DNA of 64,000 bases from Raillietiella orientalis. Taxonomy: Eukaryota. The notes beneath the pieces were generated by a model. That model was not told where the DNA came from, searched no databases, and was given only the letters and a program-made list of their open reading frames with translations. The stretch is taken from NCBI GenBank assembly GCA_036172245.1, contig JAYWIR010000022.1, positions 124,001-188,000 on the forward strand, given 5' to 3'. Of the stretch, positions 46,843 through 60,300 are shown piece by piece (position 1 is the stretch's first letter; each line of letters opens with the position of its first letter). The position numbers were made by a program, and so were the translations under genes.

Positions 46843-49800
46843 GCTGGGAGTTTTGCTGGAAGCCGGGGAGGAAACTCGGAAAGGCCAGCCGAGAGAACTG
46901 GATTGGTCGACTGTCCCATTTAGACGAGGCGTCGGCGCGCGAGCGAGAGCCCCGCCTCCGTCGCTGCCGACTGACACGTGCGGCCAAGCCCCCGGGGCCA
47001 ACCAACCAACTGGCCGGGAACGCCCTGCATTTCTCCTCCTCGAGGAACGCACGCAAAAAAAAAAAAGGGCGGGGAAGGTGGGTGAAGCAGCTGGCACTCC
47101 TGCCCGTGAAGAGCGCGCTTTCCCGAACCACGCTTGGCAGGACGGTCCCTGTTGACGGGCAGCTCCAACTTCTGTCTTCCTGCCCCGCACCAGGACGCCC
47201 CTCGGGTGTCGGCGACGCTTCCCATTTCTATCGCCCACCGCTGAGGGTGACGAGCAAAATGGAGGGGGCGGGGAAAAGTAGGGGACCTTCGACCCGTAGG
47301 AGGGAAATCCTTCGTTTCCCGCGGCCTCCTGGTTCGTCGTCACGAGCCAAAAGGCCCGAAGAGAGCCCGCTCTCTAAAAATAGACTTCCCGGAAGGAAGG
47401 CACTGCTCGAAGGGAGCGCCGGGGAGTAGGAGAGGTGCCTCCTCTGAACCATCTGCTTCCTCTTCGGGGTGCACACTCCGCCCCCATCTTTTACTTTCGC
47501 ACCCTGGGCAAGAAGGGCGAAAAGAGCGCGGGACCGCTGCTGCCGCCTAGTGGGACAGCTCGGCCACGGCCGGAGTGCGCGGTCGTTTGGGGCCCGGCAC
47601 GAAGGAGGCGATCCATTTCCAGGACGACCGGAGGACAAGCCCTGTGCAGGGACCGTCCTGCCCTCGGAAGGGGGGCTCCTGAGTGGCCTCTTGCCTCTGC
47701 CACAGACCACGAGCCTCCCGGTCCACGCGTGGCATTCGTGGGGCCTGCTTCCTCGGAGGCGCTGGCCAGTGAGAGCAGCCCTCCCGCGAGTACGCCCTCC
47801 CCTCCGCCTGTCCTCCCTGAGCCGCGAGCGTGTGAGCGCAATCTCGGGGGAGGGGCGGGGGCCGGGCAAGCCCGTCGTCAGGGGGACGCCCTTCTGCCTT
47901 TGCTCCTCTTCCTCCTCCCCTCAGAGGCGCGCGTTGCCTGGGAAACCCGCCGCGCGACTGCGAGTGGAGCGCACGCGACGCCCAAAGGCCTCACGCGAAC
48001 CTCACCCCCTTCCTCCCCCCTCTCTCTTTCAGGCAGGCCGTCGCGTGCGAGGAGCGGAAGGAGATCGTTGCTGCCGCCAACGCGCGAGGTGGATTTTCCG
48101 CCGTTGCCTGGATACACAAGGGAGGAGGAGGAAGAGAGGAGGGGGAGTTAGCGTGGCAGGGTATCGATCCGGGGCCGAGAGATACGTCCCCAATCCCGGG
48201 CGGCCCGCGGTGGAGACTCCAAAAGGGCGGGAACGTCTCTGGGAGGAGAGCATGAGGGAGGAAGGTAGGAAGAGGGTGTACCTGCGCACCGTTGCCCTGT
48301 CCTTCCCTCCCGGAGGGCTGGCCGAAGTCTGGCGGCTGCCCCTCTCCACGATGCAGGCCGTGTTCGAGTGAAGGGGGATGATCCGTTGCTCTCCTCCTTG
48401 TACTCCCCCTGAGGGCATCTGCAGGTGCCTGGACCCTGCAGGCTGCCCTTCTTCGCGAAGAATCCCCTCCTCTCGGTCGTCCCAACACCTGGAGGGAGGC
48501 GACGCTTCCTTCGGTTTCCACGTGACTTCCACCCGTCCAGTAACCCGCCGCCCACGCACACGGCCGGAAGCGGCGCTCCCACAGCGGCCCGCGCTTGGTG
48601 GACCGACCGGCGTCTTCGGTCGGGTGGGTCACTTAGGGATAGATCTTCCCTTGTTGCTTACCGAAGGCGTTGCATCCGGACCAGCATTGTCAAGGAGACG
48701 CGATCGTGCACCCACGGCCCCGTAGGGTGGGGTGGAAAAAGGGCGACCTTCGCCGATGCTTGGGAGCGTCGCCTGCTCCTCGCGTGGCGACTTCATAATG
48801 GAAGGAGGCTGTCGAGTCCCGGGCTGCATTCCAGGGATCGTGCCCACTGGCACTTCCCACCACGACCTCTGAAAGCGGCGACGCTGGGAGCGAAGTGGTA
48901 GACCCCGGAAGCTCTCAGGGCAAGCGACGGCAGCTGCCCACCGGCGAGGTGGGAGTTTTCCTGCACCGTCTCGGGGAGGGCGAAACTCCTAAGGGGACTG
49001 GAAGACGTGCGGGTTGGTGGACGCCTCCACTCTGCATGTCCAGGCGACGGAACGCCTCCCGAGTGTCGCCTCTGAAGAACCTACGGTCCTTGCCGATGCC
49101 CGGACGCTCCCGCTCTCCTGGAAGCATCCCTCTTTCTGCACTGGGGGTGGGAGGACTACGGAACGAGGAGAGCCGGCAGCACCTCCGTTTCCGCGTCAAT
49201 CCGCCGCACCTGCCTTTGCCCACTGCGGGGCCTGCCTAGAGCTGTGGGGGAGACCGGCGCCAGCGCAGGCGGACACCGCCGGCCCTCGTCTCCACCTTCC
49301 TCTTATTTTCCTGGTTTTTTCCTCATTCCCCACTATCTTCCGCTCCAGGCCTTCCCCGGTTTTCACATATCCATCCTGACGAATACGCTGGGATGAACCC
49401 AAACTTCTCTGCCCTTCCCACCGGATTCCCCCTTTTCTTTTTGTTGTCCTCACTCTCCTTCCCCTCATTCCAGACCTTCCCGCGTCTTGACCTGCTGCTC
49501 AGCGCTCCTTCTCTGGACTTCGGCCTTCGACTGGGAACCGCCTTGTTCCCGACGGGTTCATTTCTATGGAATAAATTCACCAGTCTCTTCTCCTACCCCT
49601 ACCCCCTTCGATTTCTGAGGGCGAAGAGAGAAAATCGGTCATCGTCGCAGGGTTTTATTCGACCGGCTCCCATGGAACGGTCCAGAGATCCGAAAAGCTT
49701 CTTGAAGGATGCAGCCGTCCGCCGAGGATCCGCGGACGCCCACAGGAACGCAGCGGTGCACCCGCCGAGCCGCCCTTGAGTTGCCTCCTTGCCCGCGCGA

Positions 49801-52800
49801 GCGACGGGGCGATCTCCCTCCGTCCTCGAGCACGGGAGGCCAAGGGGCGGATCCTTCGGCGGGCGCGAGAAGCAGTGGGTAGCTTTCCACCGGTGGCTGA
49901 GGCTTCCTCGACGACTGCTGTGCCACCTGGAGCTGCGTCCATCCGTCCGTCCACCTCGCGAGTCACCTGGAACACATAGGGGGGGGCCTTGGTCAGCAGC
50001 TCCTTCGCAGGTCAAAGCGCCACGAAAAGGCAGGACGACCGCCCGGCGCCCCCCCCTCCAGCACCCGGAGACACGAAAGGTACTTACGCTGCGAGCAGGA
50101 CGCCCACCATCCCGAAGAGGGCCGCCGCCTCCGGGATCCTCTCCCGGGGCCCAACGACTCCGCCTGGAAGAAAAGATCGACTGGCTTAGAGCTGCTGCCT
50201 CTCCCGCCGTGGTGCCGGCTCCACGATCGGTTGGGCGCTCCCCACCATCACACCCCGCGCGACCTCGCTGGGTGGGCACGGCCGGAACGAGAGAACTCCG
50301 GCGCCTCGAAGCCTCCCGTGGACTGCGCACTCGCGCGGCGCGTCCCGTTCCTCCCCGGGCAACCTGGCGGCTCGCTCCAGAAGGAGTCTGCGACGACGAG
50401 CCCACCCTCTCCAGTGGAGGCAAATCGCCACGTGAACAGCGGACCTGGAGGTCGCGACGCCCTCTTTTCCACCCACCGAACGGGGAGAAGTCGCATATTC
50501 GGGGGGGCCCTCTCCGGGTTGTCCAAAGCATGGTACCGGACGCAGGGCATTCCCTGCACTGAACTCGGGGAGGGAGAGGAAAGGCGGGCGCTTCGCGATG
50601 AAGGCCTTGGCATGGAACGCGCGGGGTCGGCGGAAGGGATCTCCGTTGGCGCTTTGAAAGCGAGTGCGCGGGAGGAAGGGCGGAGAAGAAGGCAAGAAGA
50701 AGGCCGCCAGTCAGCGGAGACGGAGAGCGCGTCCGCCAGGAAGCATTTCCACAGGAGGGTGGGCCAGGAACCCGGGCTCGGCTGACAGCCATCAGCCATT
50801 GACCGGTCCACGTCCACTGGCGCGAAACCCCCTATGCCGCGTGAGGGCGCGGACAACCTGAGTGTCGGCCGGCCGTTGCCCCGCCTGCCTCCGAAGGTTG
50901 CCGTTGGCTTCGGCTGCCGTGCCAAGTCGTCTTGGCTGCGGTGGCGTAAAGCGGCTCGGCGAGAGAGGACCGCAGGCGGGCGGGCGTCGTGCGCGAGGGG
51001 CTCGTGGGTCTGCCTGTACCGGGAATCAGGAGGGCGCCAGTGCGGACCTTGGGAAGGCATTCCGACCAGGGAAGGGACGCCCACCAAATCCGGAAGGGCA
51101 CGCCGGGGCGGTGGCTCGGGGTGGCCCTCGGAGGCCGGGAGGCGGACACGAGAAAAGCCGTCGGGAGAAGAACGGGCCGTGGTTCTGAGGCGTCCCGCAG
51201 TGGATCGCAAGAGATGGCTCCGCTGCCCTCCAGACGCTGCCGTGGTCCCTCTTCCAGGACAGTTCAGCGGGGTGGCCACCACACGCATCTCACCGAGAAT
51301 CGAGGCCAGGAGGGACATCGAAGAGATGGCTGGATCTCTCTCTCATCCTCCCGGAGGGGCTTCCTCTCGAGCGCCCTCTGGGAGGAAGAGGGACGGAAAG
51401 TTTCTTCTGGAGAGTTCTGAGTCCCCGCACAGGGAGGTGCGCAACGCGCTGCCCGTTGCCGGGAGCAGCTCCCCACAAGAGTCTCCTCTCCCCCCTGCAC
51501 CCGCCCTTCAGCTCCCGCGCCAGCCTGTTGCAGCTGCGGGGAGGAGCCTCCAAGGGGAGCAACAACGAAACGGGCGCCAAGCGCTGTTCATTAAGAGGCG
51601 GTTCGAAGTAGCGGCTGGGGTCCCGTTTTCCCTCCTGGAACACCGGGTCGGTTCCAGCAGCCAGGTAGCGCTTCGCGCCTTCTCCGAAAGGGAGCGGAGG
51701 AGTCCCATTCACCCCTCCAGCGTTCCCTCGGCGACCAGAAGGGCGATTTTCCTTCCTCCCTCTGGGTCCGCCCGAGCGCATCTCTGCACCCTCGGCAGCG
51801 AATGGAAAAGGGACCTCCCTCCCCCGGGAAAGAGGGCTGCAGCAGCAGCAGCAGCCATTTGCTTCCCCGGTGGCGTCCAGCTCCCCCGCCCACCCACGCG
51901 TTCCGACCTCCGCCGCGCAGGCACGCGCGCGTGCAGTTCGCTTCCTCCGCCTTCCAGGAAGCGAGGCGATTTGTCTTCTTCCCGCACAGAGGGCGCGAGA
52001 GCGGAGATCCCTTCGCCGCCGTCGCCGCGGGGGACTTTCGCCTTCGGATCTCCGCCGGGAGCACGCGGTCCCTTCCGGACCTCGTACGGGGATGTCGCTC
52101 CAAGGGGCCGGAGGGGATGAAAAATGAGTGCTTTGTACTCACCTCCAGCGCCGCCTGTCGGGATACCTGGAAGCAGAAGAGGGCGGTTGTCGGACCTGTC
52201 GAAGGTCACGGATGCCAAATGCTCTCATCAAACCCCCCTCAAGGCGTGGAATGAGGGGAGGGGCAAACCGTGCGGGGGGCGTTCCGAACGGGGCTGCTTG
52301 CAAGGGCCTCGGACCCGAGGGACGCCGCGACGGGAGTCGAGTGCTCCTGGAGCGGCTGCGCCTCTCGCAGGCAGCCCACGCAGCGGCCATTCAACGCGCG
52401 CAGCCGCCCCCACTGGAAGCGTTGCTCTGGGAAACGTTTGCAGGAGCCGGTGGGGAGACTCTCCGACGAGGGACTCAGGAGGGAGAAGAGGAGAAGGAGG
52501 AGCATCCCTGGAAAACGTGGAGGCACCGGGGGAAGTACCGACGGCCCTGACGGTCCGGATAGGTCCAAGGCAGTTGGGGCAACTCCGCTGCCCGCCTCGC
52601 GTCGCCCTCCTTCCGGCACCGGGAACATCCGAAGAGGCCCTGGCAGAGCGAAGGAGCGGGGGAGGAGCGAAGAGTAGCCGTTTTCGTCGCTCGCGCGGGT
52701 TCGGCCCGTGTCCAGGGACCACTGGACATCTGCCTCCCTCGGACGCGATACTTGGCCTTCGGGCTGGCGGCAACTTGGACTCGCGAGGTCTCATGGGAGG

Positions 52801-55109
52801 CGCAGCAGCGAGCTCTAGCGCGCGGCGTCCGTACGTCTGTACCCTCGCCCTGAGCTTTACGGTACAGGGGCACAACCATGCTGACAGCACCCTAACGTCA
52901 TGAGGATCCACCCTACGCATCGGCCAGCCGGCCTGCTCACCCTCGCTGCTCATGACGCGCCACCTGCTGGCGCCTCTCTCCCTGCAGCCGCTGCAGCAGC
53001 GGGAGGTGGAAGGCGCCGGGGACTGTCAAAGCCAGAAGGAACGTCAGCCGCAGGTGTACCGGCCGCACCGACCGGCGGCCGAGGCACCGCCACTCGGCGA
53101 GCGCAGGGGACTCTGGGAGGGGAGGGGGGTCGGAGGGTCTCCGACGACCTGACCGACAGTCACCTGACGACCATAAGGAGCCCGCTGGTCGGGCTAATCA
53201 AAGGGAGGGGGTGCCGCCTCCGCCCCTCCCTCCTTCCAAATGCCGGAACGCAAGACTTCCGACGCCACCAAGAGGACAGAGGGTGGAGTTCTCCCCTCCT
53301 TCAGGGCGGACAGGGGGGGGGAGCACAATCCGGGGCACGAATTCCGTGGGTGGCGGGAAGAATCCGGGGTACGCGTCCCGTGGGTTCCATCGGTAGCGCA
53401 GGCGTCAGTGATGCGATCGAAGCCGTCCCTCTGCTTTCAGCATTCCCGCTGCTCTTCCTCGCTTCAGAGGGAGGGAGGAGCTGCCAGATGCATCCCTTCC
53501 GGAGAGCGGCATCTCGAAAGGGGAGCATCCGAGCGCTCGATCCCAGGACTTCTACTTGGGATGGCTGCAGCGGGGGAGATCACGAGAGGCGGATCATCAT
53601 TTGTTTGGGAGACGCCAGAAGCCGCCCGAACTGAAGGGAGCAAGAGCACAGCGCCCATCGGAAAGGCGACGGCGGTGCAGCTCCCGGTAAATTCTGGCTT
53701 CACCGGGAGCGCCGTTATGCAAATCTTTGAGGGGAACCCTACGCCGGTGCCGGGGGGGAACCGCGCGCGCGTTCAGGAACGACGAAGGGTGATGTCGACG
53801 GAGAAATTTGAGGAGGAGGGGGAGGGGGAAGGAACAACACGATCGATGAGGGCACTGGTAGAGCAGGAACAGATTGAAGGGGCTGATGAGCGTTCGGGGG
53901 CGAGACACCCGCCCCCAGTGAAATTCCGCGTCGGAGGGGGAGGAAGCTAAGGGAACGACGATGGAGAGCGGCGGTTCCTCTTTTCCGTGTGGGCCGGGAA
54001 CGCGAGCAGGGTTAGAGCAGCACGTCGTCGCCTTCGTGAAACCGTCGGAGGGACTGACACGAGATGCCCGGCAGGGATGAATTGCGGGAGACGAGATGGG
54101 AAAGGTTTGGAGCATAAACCGCGGGTCCTGCCTTCGCTCCGAGATAAAAAGGGGCAAGGCAGATACTCGCTGGATGGGGGAAGGCAGTGGATGCTGGACG
54201 TCAGGAGACGCCTGCTCGCCGGATTTACGCGCGCAGATAAGGGATACTCGGAAAGGCCGCCAGGGGAGCCACTCGATGGTCGCGGCGAGCTGCGGTGGCG
54301 GGCACGAACGGGCTTCTCGATGACGCAAAAAGTCGCGGCGGGGAAGGGGGGGACACGCGCGACCTCCTCCTCCTCTTCCTGGAACCACACCAGCTGGGAT
54401 ACGCTCGCGGGAGACGGCAAGGCGTGGGTGAGCCGCGCGGGATCTCCGGCTGCCCTCCGAGCCGCTCCCGCAGGTTCCCCCTCACTCCGGGAGAGCAGCG
54501 GCCCCGGCCCTCGCTGCCTCCCCGTGAACACGTTACGAGGAAGGAGCGGCGACGGGATAACAGCGACCGCGTGGCTCCGGGGTGGGTAGGGTTTCCCGAC
54601 AAGGCAGCAGCATGGAACTTACCGACGAACGGGAACGTCTCCGCCCGCAGCTCCTGGGTCTTCATGGAGGAAGGCAGGACTTTGCCGAGGGTTTCGTACT
54701 GGTCTGAAGGAGAAGAAGACGTACACTTTAATCTCGGATTGGCGATGCGGTGCGCTCGCAAGAGCTCTGGAGCGGAGCCACCCACGCGTCCAGCCAGAGC
54801 ACAATGGAAAGGGGGAGGGGAAGCCGGAGAGCAATCCGGCTGCCGAATCGAAGACACCATGAGAAAAGGCGCGCGCGCGGCATCCGCGGCGTGTGCGCTC
54901 GGAGGCGGGAAGCCGGAAGGACGCACGAGAGTCAAACGTCCCGCACTCCTCACTTGCGCAAGAGAAGTCGGGGCCTTCGAAGCGAGCGAATTCCCGGAAG
55001 CAGTTTGCACCAAGAGAGACGATTCCTCCCCCCTCTCCTGTAGTAAAGCAGCAGCAGGTGCGGTGCTGCGTAACCTTCTCGCCAAAGGACAGTAGGATCC
55101 CGACAATCG

Positions 55110-55813
55110 CATGGAACCCCGGGAGGGTACCATCCTATCAATCCAGGAAGGGCTCCGGAGAATGGAGTCCCGTTTCTCTCACGCATGGGTAGGGATCCCT
55201 GAAGGGAACCCTCCACTCTGGTTGTCTCCTAAGGAAACTCCAGAGGGAATCTCCTTCCTTTTTCTCTCCGGAGGGACCCTCGAAGGGGATCTGCTCTATT
55301 GTTTCTTCTCCGGAAGAAGCCTGCAAGGAAACCGCTCCTGGTTTCCTCCTCTGAAGAGAAGCCTGAAGGGACGCTTCAGAAATTTCTCAAAAGGGCGCTC
55401 CCCGAAGGGAGCGGCACGCTTCTTTGCACTCTGGAGAGGTGTCATCATCAATCCACCAGCTCCATGATACGAGACTGAGGGTCCACTCACGAGATGGGGG
55501 GGGGGAAAGGCTTCTTTGCACAACCGGAGGGGAACCCCGAAGGGAACCGGACTCCTTGATTCAGTTCCTGGAATGATCCCTCAGGGTCGACTCCCAATCC
55601 CTGCCACTCATTGGGGCACCCTGTTTGCACCGCTACCATTGCCGCACCCGAATGAATGGCCAACCAGCGTCAGCTCGGTAGAGGAACTCAAACCCGTAAC
55701 TCACTTCCTCCCCCCCCTCCTCGTCTCTCGACGTCGATTCTTTCAGAGTATCCGAACCCGCGACGCTTGGTGGTGCAACGTGCGGAGACCTCAACCACGT
55801 GATCCAACGCAGA
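55110..55813 (-). mobile_element. tRNA-headed SINE-like element, copy B (head intact; 3' boundary approximate)
   Basis: Minus strand TG-GATC-acgtggttga-GGTC forms a tRNA D-arm/A box, followed by gtcgcgGGTTCGGATac (B-box-like). Body colinear with 12924-13524 (gagttcctc, tgggagtcgacc, atcaaggagt, cacctctccag, gaagcgtcccttc, ttctcttcagaggag, tccggagaagaaa). Confidence 0.6.
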
Positions 55814-57320
55814 CCACGTGGTTGCGCTCTCTGCGCCCCGACCGGGAACCCCCGGTCAGCACTTGCCGGTCGGAGTCGAGACGGACCGGAAGGCGGCGCC
55901 GGCGGCGAAGAGCCGACTTTCCCAGGGAGGAGCCCTGGTTTTCCGGCCGCCGTGCCCGCGAGCGGCGTCTCCGCAACGGTTCCGTCGGATTCTGTCCCGA
56001 TTCCCACGGGCGCCCCCACCGGACAGGTCAACACACATGCCCAAGATGACAACTGAGTTCCGCAAGTGGCCTAGAGCGCACGGCTCAGGCCTCCAGCTCC
56101 GGGCCGAGGTGGGACGAAGGAATGCGCAAAACCGAGCAGAAACACGGGACGGCCACGGGCTCGACATCGGACGCGATGCCAGGGGCGATGAACGACCGAA
56201 CCGCGTGCGCAGTGCGGACAAATCGGATCCCTCGGGAGCTGCTAGCCAGGACCCGCTCCTCGTAGTTGTAAGGTGGCGGGGAGAACCCTCTCGCCGGAGG
56301 GGAAGCAGGACCCCCGGGGATCCCGGTCTTCACGCCGTTTGGAGCTCAGACGGACCAGAACGCGAGACAGGCGAAGAGTCGGCTTTCCGAAGGAGACCGC
56401 CGTTTTCCCGTCCTCTGAATCCGAAGGAGGTGGTTCGTTCAAAGAGCCGCATCCTGGCTGCATAGTCCAGCCCACGACGTCGCCTTCATCCCCATTTCGG
56501 TGCGTGGGGTCTGGAGAGGCCGGGAAAATGCGTATGTCGGAAAGGGCACAAAGCTGAGCGCGTGGGCATGCCATCAGCAGGGACTCAGATGGATCCTGCG
56601 TTTCCGCAGAGCCAGCGGTCCATGTGGCAAACAAACAGCTCCGTAACCAAACACGACGATGCTGATGTGCTCCATGATCATCGCATTTATCAATGCTGGA
56701 ACAGAATTCGGGAAATTCCCTTTTGATTTATGGGACGGAGGGGGCGACTGGAAATCAATCTTCAAGGCCCGACATTATTAATTTCTTGGCAATTATCTTT
56801 GTTTGTAGGAACGCGTCCAAACAATTAGAAAAGGATTCTACATCTCGTCTGCTGGTCTCAGGAAACAGCAAGGGGAAGAGGAGACACTCGGGAACAACCG
56901 ACACCGGAGAGGTTCCACATTGGTGCATGGACGGACCACCCTGCAGCACCTCCATCATCGCGTGTCTGTTTTGCGTGGACCCGCGCAAAGTGTACAAAAG
57001 GCACACACGCACTCGTGTGGTACATCCAGGAACAGCACGGATGCCAAAGGAGCTGGTTCTGGGGAGGTTGCACCGGAAGAACTTGTGGACCTTTCAGAAG
57101 TTCCTCGAAAGAGAAAGAGCGGCCAAGGAAGAGCGAATTCCGAGTCGTCCTCGCGCGTCAAGAAGCACGACATGGGAAAGGCGAACTGAAGGAGCCTGCG
57201 CACCGCCACTTGCGAGGTCGCGGCAGCTAGGGAGGAGGACACGACCGTCATCCAAAAGGTCAGCTGATTAATAATCCGATGCCCTCGGACACACTTTCTT
57301 TATCAGGTCACGAATAATAC

Positions 57321-60300
57321 CTTTATGAAACAGCAAGGTCCGTTTTTCGGAGTAGTTGGTTCCAGGTATGATAAGCAGGCATTCAACGATGGTGTCTACT
57401 GGCAAGGGGCTCTCGTGGAAGGTGTTGTGCACTTGTATGTTGTATGTTCCATTACGAGATTCCACCTTAACTCTGGGCTCCAAATTGTTCCTGGAAAATA
57501 AAAACACACATAGGTCTAGCGCGTGCACACTCGTTTACGTAGCCGAGTGAACGAAAGAACGACTGAATGTTCAGCCTGCATTCTTATGGCAGAGGACTTG
57601 GCAGAGAGAACACCTTGGATACGAGAGAGTACATCCAGCAATTCCTCGTTGACAAACCCGCGAGTGCAGACATCATCCACCTAACAGGGAGATTCTGGAA
57701 ACCGTGCTACTCTACTTGCAGTCAGGGCCGCTGAGAAACAACCGGAAGCGAAACAGATTTCGTTTCCAGGGGAAGGATTCGGAAGGGGAAGGGGGAGGGG
57801 GGATGAGTATCATGGTGATTTGGTCGGATTCCATAGGATCATATCAATCAGCAAATGCTTCCAGAAACGTGGAAAAGGATCGAAATAATGCTTGGCTTAA
57901 AATTCCTCAAAACGAATGGAAAAGCAGCGAGCGTGGTCTTCACATGCAATGAGTTTTCTGAGATTCAATCAACAGACACACCAAAGTCGGCCCGCAAACT
58001 CGTCCACGGAACCGAAATCAACAGCAATCAACAGCGACAGAATCAACACTTCCTAGGAAGGAAACCCAGAACTCGGATCTCTGGACCATCACAACTGTCA
58101 TCACTATATCCTGGTCAATAAAATCACGTGAAACCATAGCCGATTTTCGCTGTGGAAACACGAGCTCTGGGGTGATCGCCGGGCTGTTAGGATTCACAGA
58201 AACCAACATCTCTGCACTACTTTTACTGACCCGAAACCCATCCCCCACTCCATGCAAACGCCAATTTGTGTTCCCTGAACTTCAAAGAGAAGCATGGATC
58301 GGAATCAAGAGAATTGGTCCAGTAACCAAGAACATGAACATTCTTCCGTGAGCGGAATTCTACAAATCTCTTTACGACAAGCCACTAACGACACTCATTA
58401 CGACTAATATAATCGCGGTTCATGAAAATCACATTGTAGTGTGATTTTCATGAACCACATCTAAGTAAACTCTTGAAGGAGCATGCATGGACTGCAAAAG
58501 TGTCTCGAATTTGACGAACACCTTTCTATGGATTCGTGCCTCAAACGTAAACGAAAGTTTCTTTATCAACTGCGTGCATATAATAAACTGAAAACTGAGC
58601 CCATGGTACAGCTTTTGGTACAGCATGTCAGTATCCCAGAATACACTGAAATGCTGCAATACAAATATAGAAAACAAGACTGGTGGATACAATCATCCGA
58701 GTTCCTTGGAATTCGGATTTACCCCAAGATCTGTCGAGTTTTTCCTTCGCGTTACAGCGTCTTTAAGCACGTTTCCAAACGGAAACTTTGAGAAGATGCT
58801 CCAGGAAACAACTCCGCGAATTTCGGTTCAAATAAAATGTTCTGAAACGCGGTGGCAACCCCTGCGTTTCCGGAGATGCGGCATCTTATTGGGACACGAA
58901 CTCATGACCGCTTTCCAGGATCCTTTGCAAAAGGGTCCCGCTGTTACCGCTCAGGGATGGGACAAACGACAATCCTCTTAAAAGTAATCACCATCTACGG
59001 AGGAGATGCAACCTGCTCAGAGTGCAAACCTCCGGCGTGCTGGATCCGACGAGCCTCCCAAGTGCAACTCAAGAGTTGTCTGAATCTCACGCCTCATCAG
59101 GAAACGGCCTCTACCTGCATCTGGAAACGCGCGCTTGAAGTCCTCGAGTGCACCTTGAGATGTGCTCGATGTGGGGCATGTGGAGATCCCGCAGATGGCA
59201 GCACAACAACGCGGGGAAAAAGCGGCAAACCTACTGCCCTCCCATCTTTAAATTCCGAATTTTCATCGCCCTACATGTTGCGAGTGCAGACACGAAAAGG
59301 TGGGCAGGGAAAAACCATCATTTGAGTTTACTCTTCATCTCCTCCAGCCGCCCCTGATCGATGAAATCTGAGCAGCACCTCTGATGAAATCCACTCACGC
59401 TAACTCACTTGACAGAGGACCCGGAGGTCAACTCGATACAGCTGCACAAAGGATGCATCCACACCCAATGGTCTTTCTTCGGTGAGGTTCACTCTCCTCG
59501 AAGAGGAGAGTTCTGTCTCTGTGTGCAGCTGCAGATGGTTTTCGGAATAGGAAAGAGTTCAAAGAATATTCTGGGTGCCAAAAAGAAGAGACAGACGGGA
59601 AGCAGCATGTATTTTAAATAGTGAAGGGGAGAGAGGGGAAATACAAGAACACCAAGAATTTGATTTCATGACCCGAAGCAACAGCTCATACTGGAATCTT
59701 AACGCAACAGGTTCAAAACAAACAGATACCCTGTCGGTTCCCGTATAGATAACAGGAAGAAAACCATCTCAAAGAGGAAAATTTGCAACCAGAAGGTTTC
59801 GGTACTATAAAAGTCGAGAGCTTTGAATCACCATCTCTGGAGTCTTCGGCGAAAAGTACCAGTGGCTTCACCGACGAGAAAACGCCGAAGAGCGGAATCG
59901 TGGTTTCCACGAGCGTTCACCTAAAAGGGGTGTGTGTACACCGCACATCTTCCAGGTTCTCCCTTCTCTCGGGTTTATGCAAGGTCCCTCACGAGAGCGG
60001 GTCCTCCGCAAAACGAATCGAGGCCGCGAAACACCAGCAAGCGCTCAGCACTTCGATGGTTTCGGCTCACAGGAAATCGGATACCCATTTTCTCGTGACT
60101 TCCAGTCCCAAAACTGGTTCCACAGCACGTAACCGTCGACTCTGACAGCTACTTTTTCCAGCTTTATACATGGTCTCTTTGCTGCTGTACTGCCAGCGGC
60201 AGGTTTCAGCTTTTCACCCTTTTGAAGCTCTCGGTGCCACTTGGTTGGCCACGACACCTAAATCTTTGAGAACAACTTGGTGCCAACTAGGAATCAGCAC

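Noticed and set aside
53883..53940. CTGATGA...stem...GAAA hammerhead candidate
   Set aside because: Stem II base does not pair properly and there is no stem III with an NUH cleavage site
41000..55100. Long ORFs in the largest GC block (e.g. 50834-52120, 49599-50792, 53240-55133)
   Set aside because: No domain motifs and no consistent splice-phase chain could be built; hidden exons cannot be excluded without RNA data
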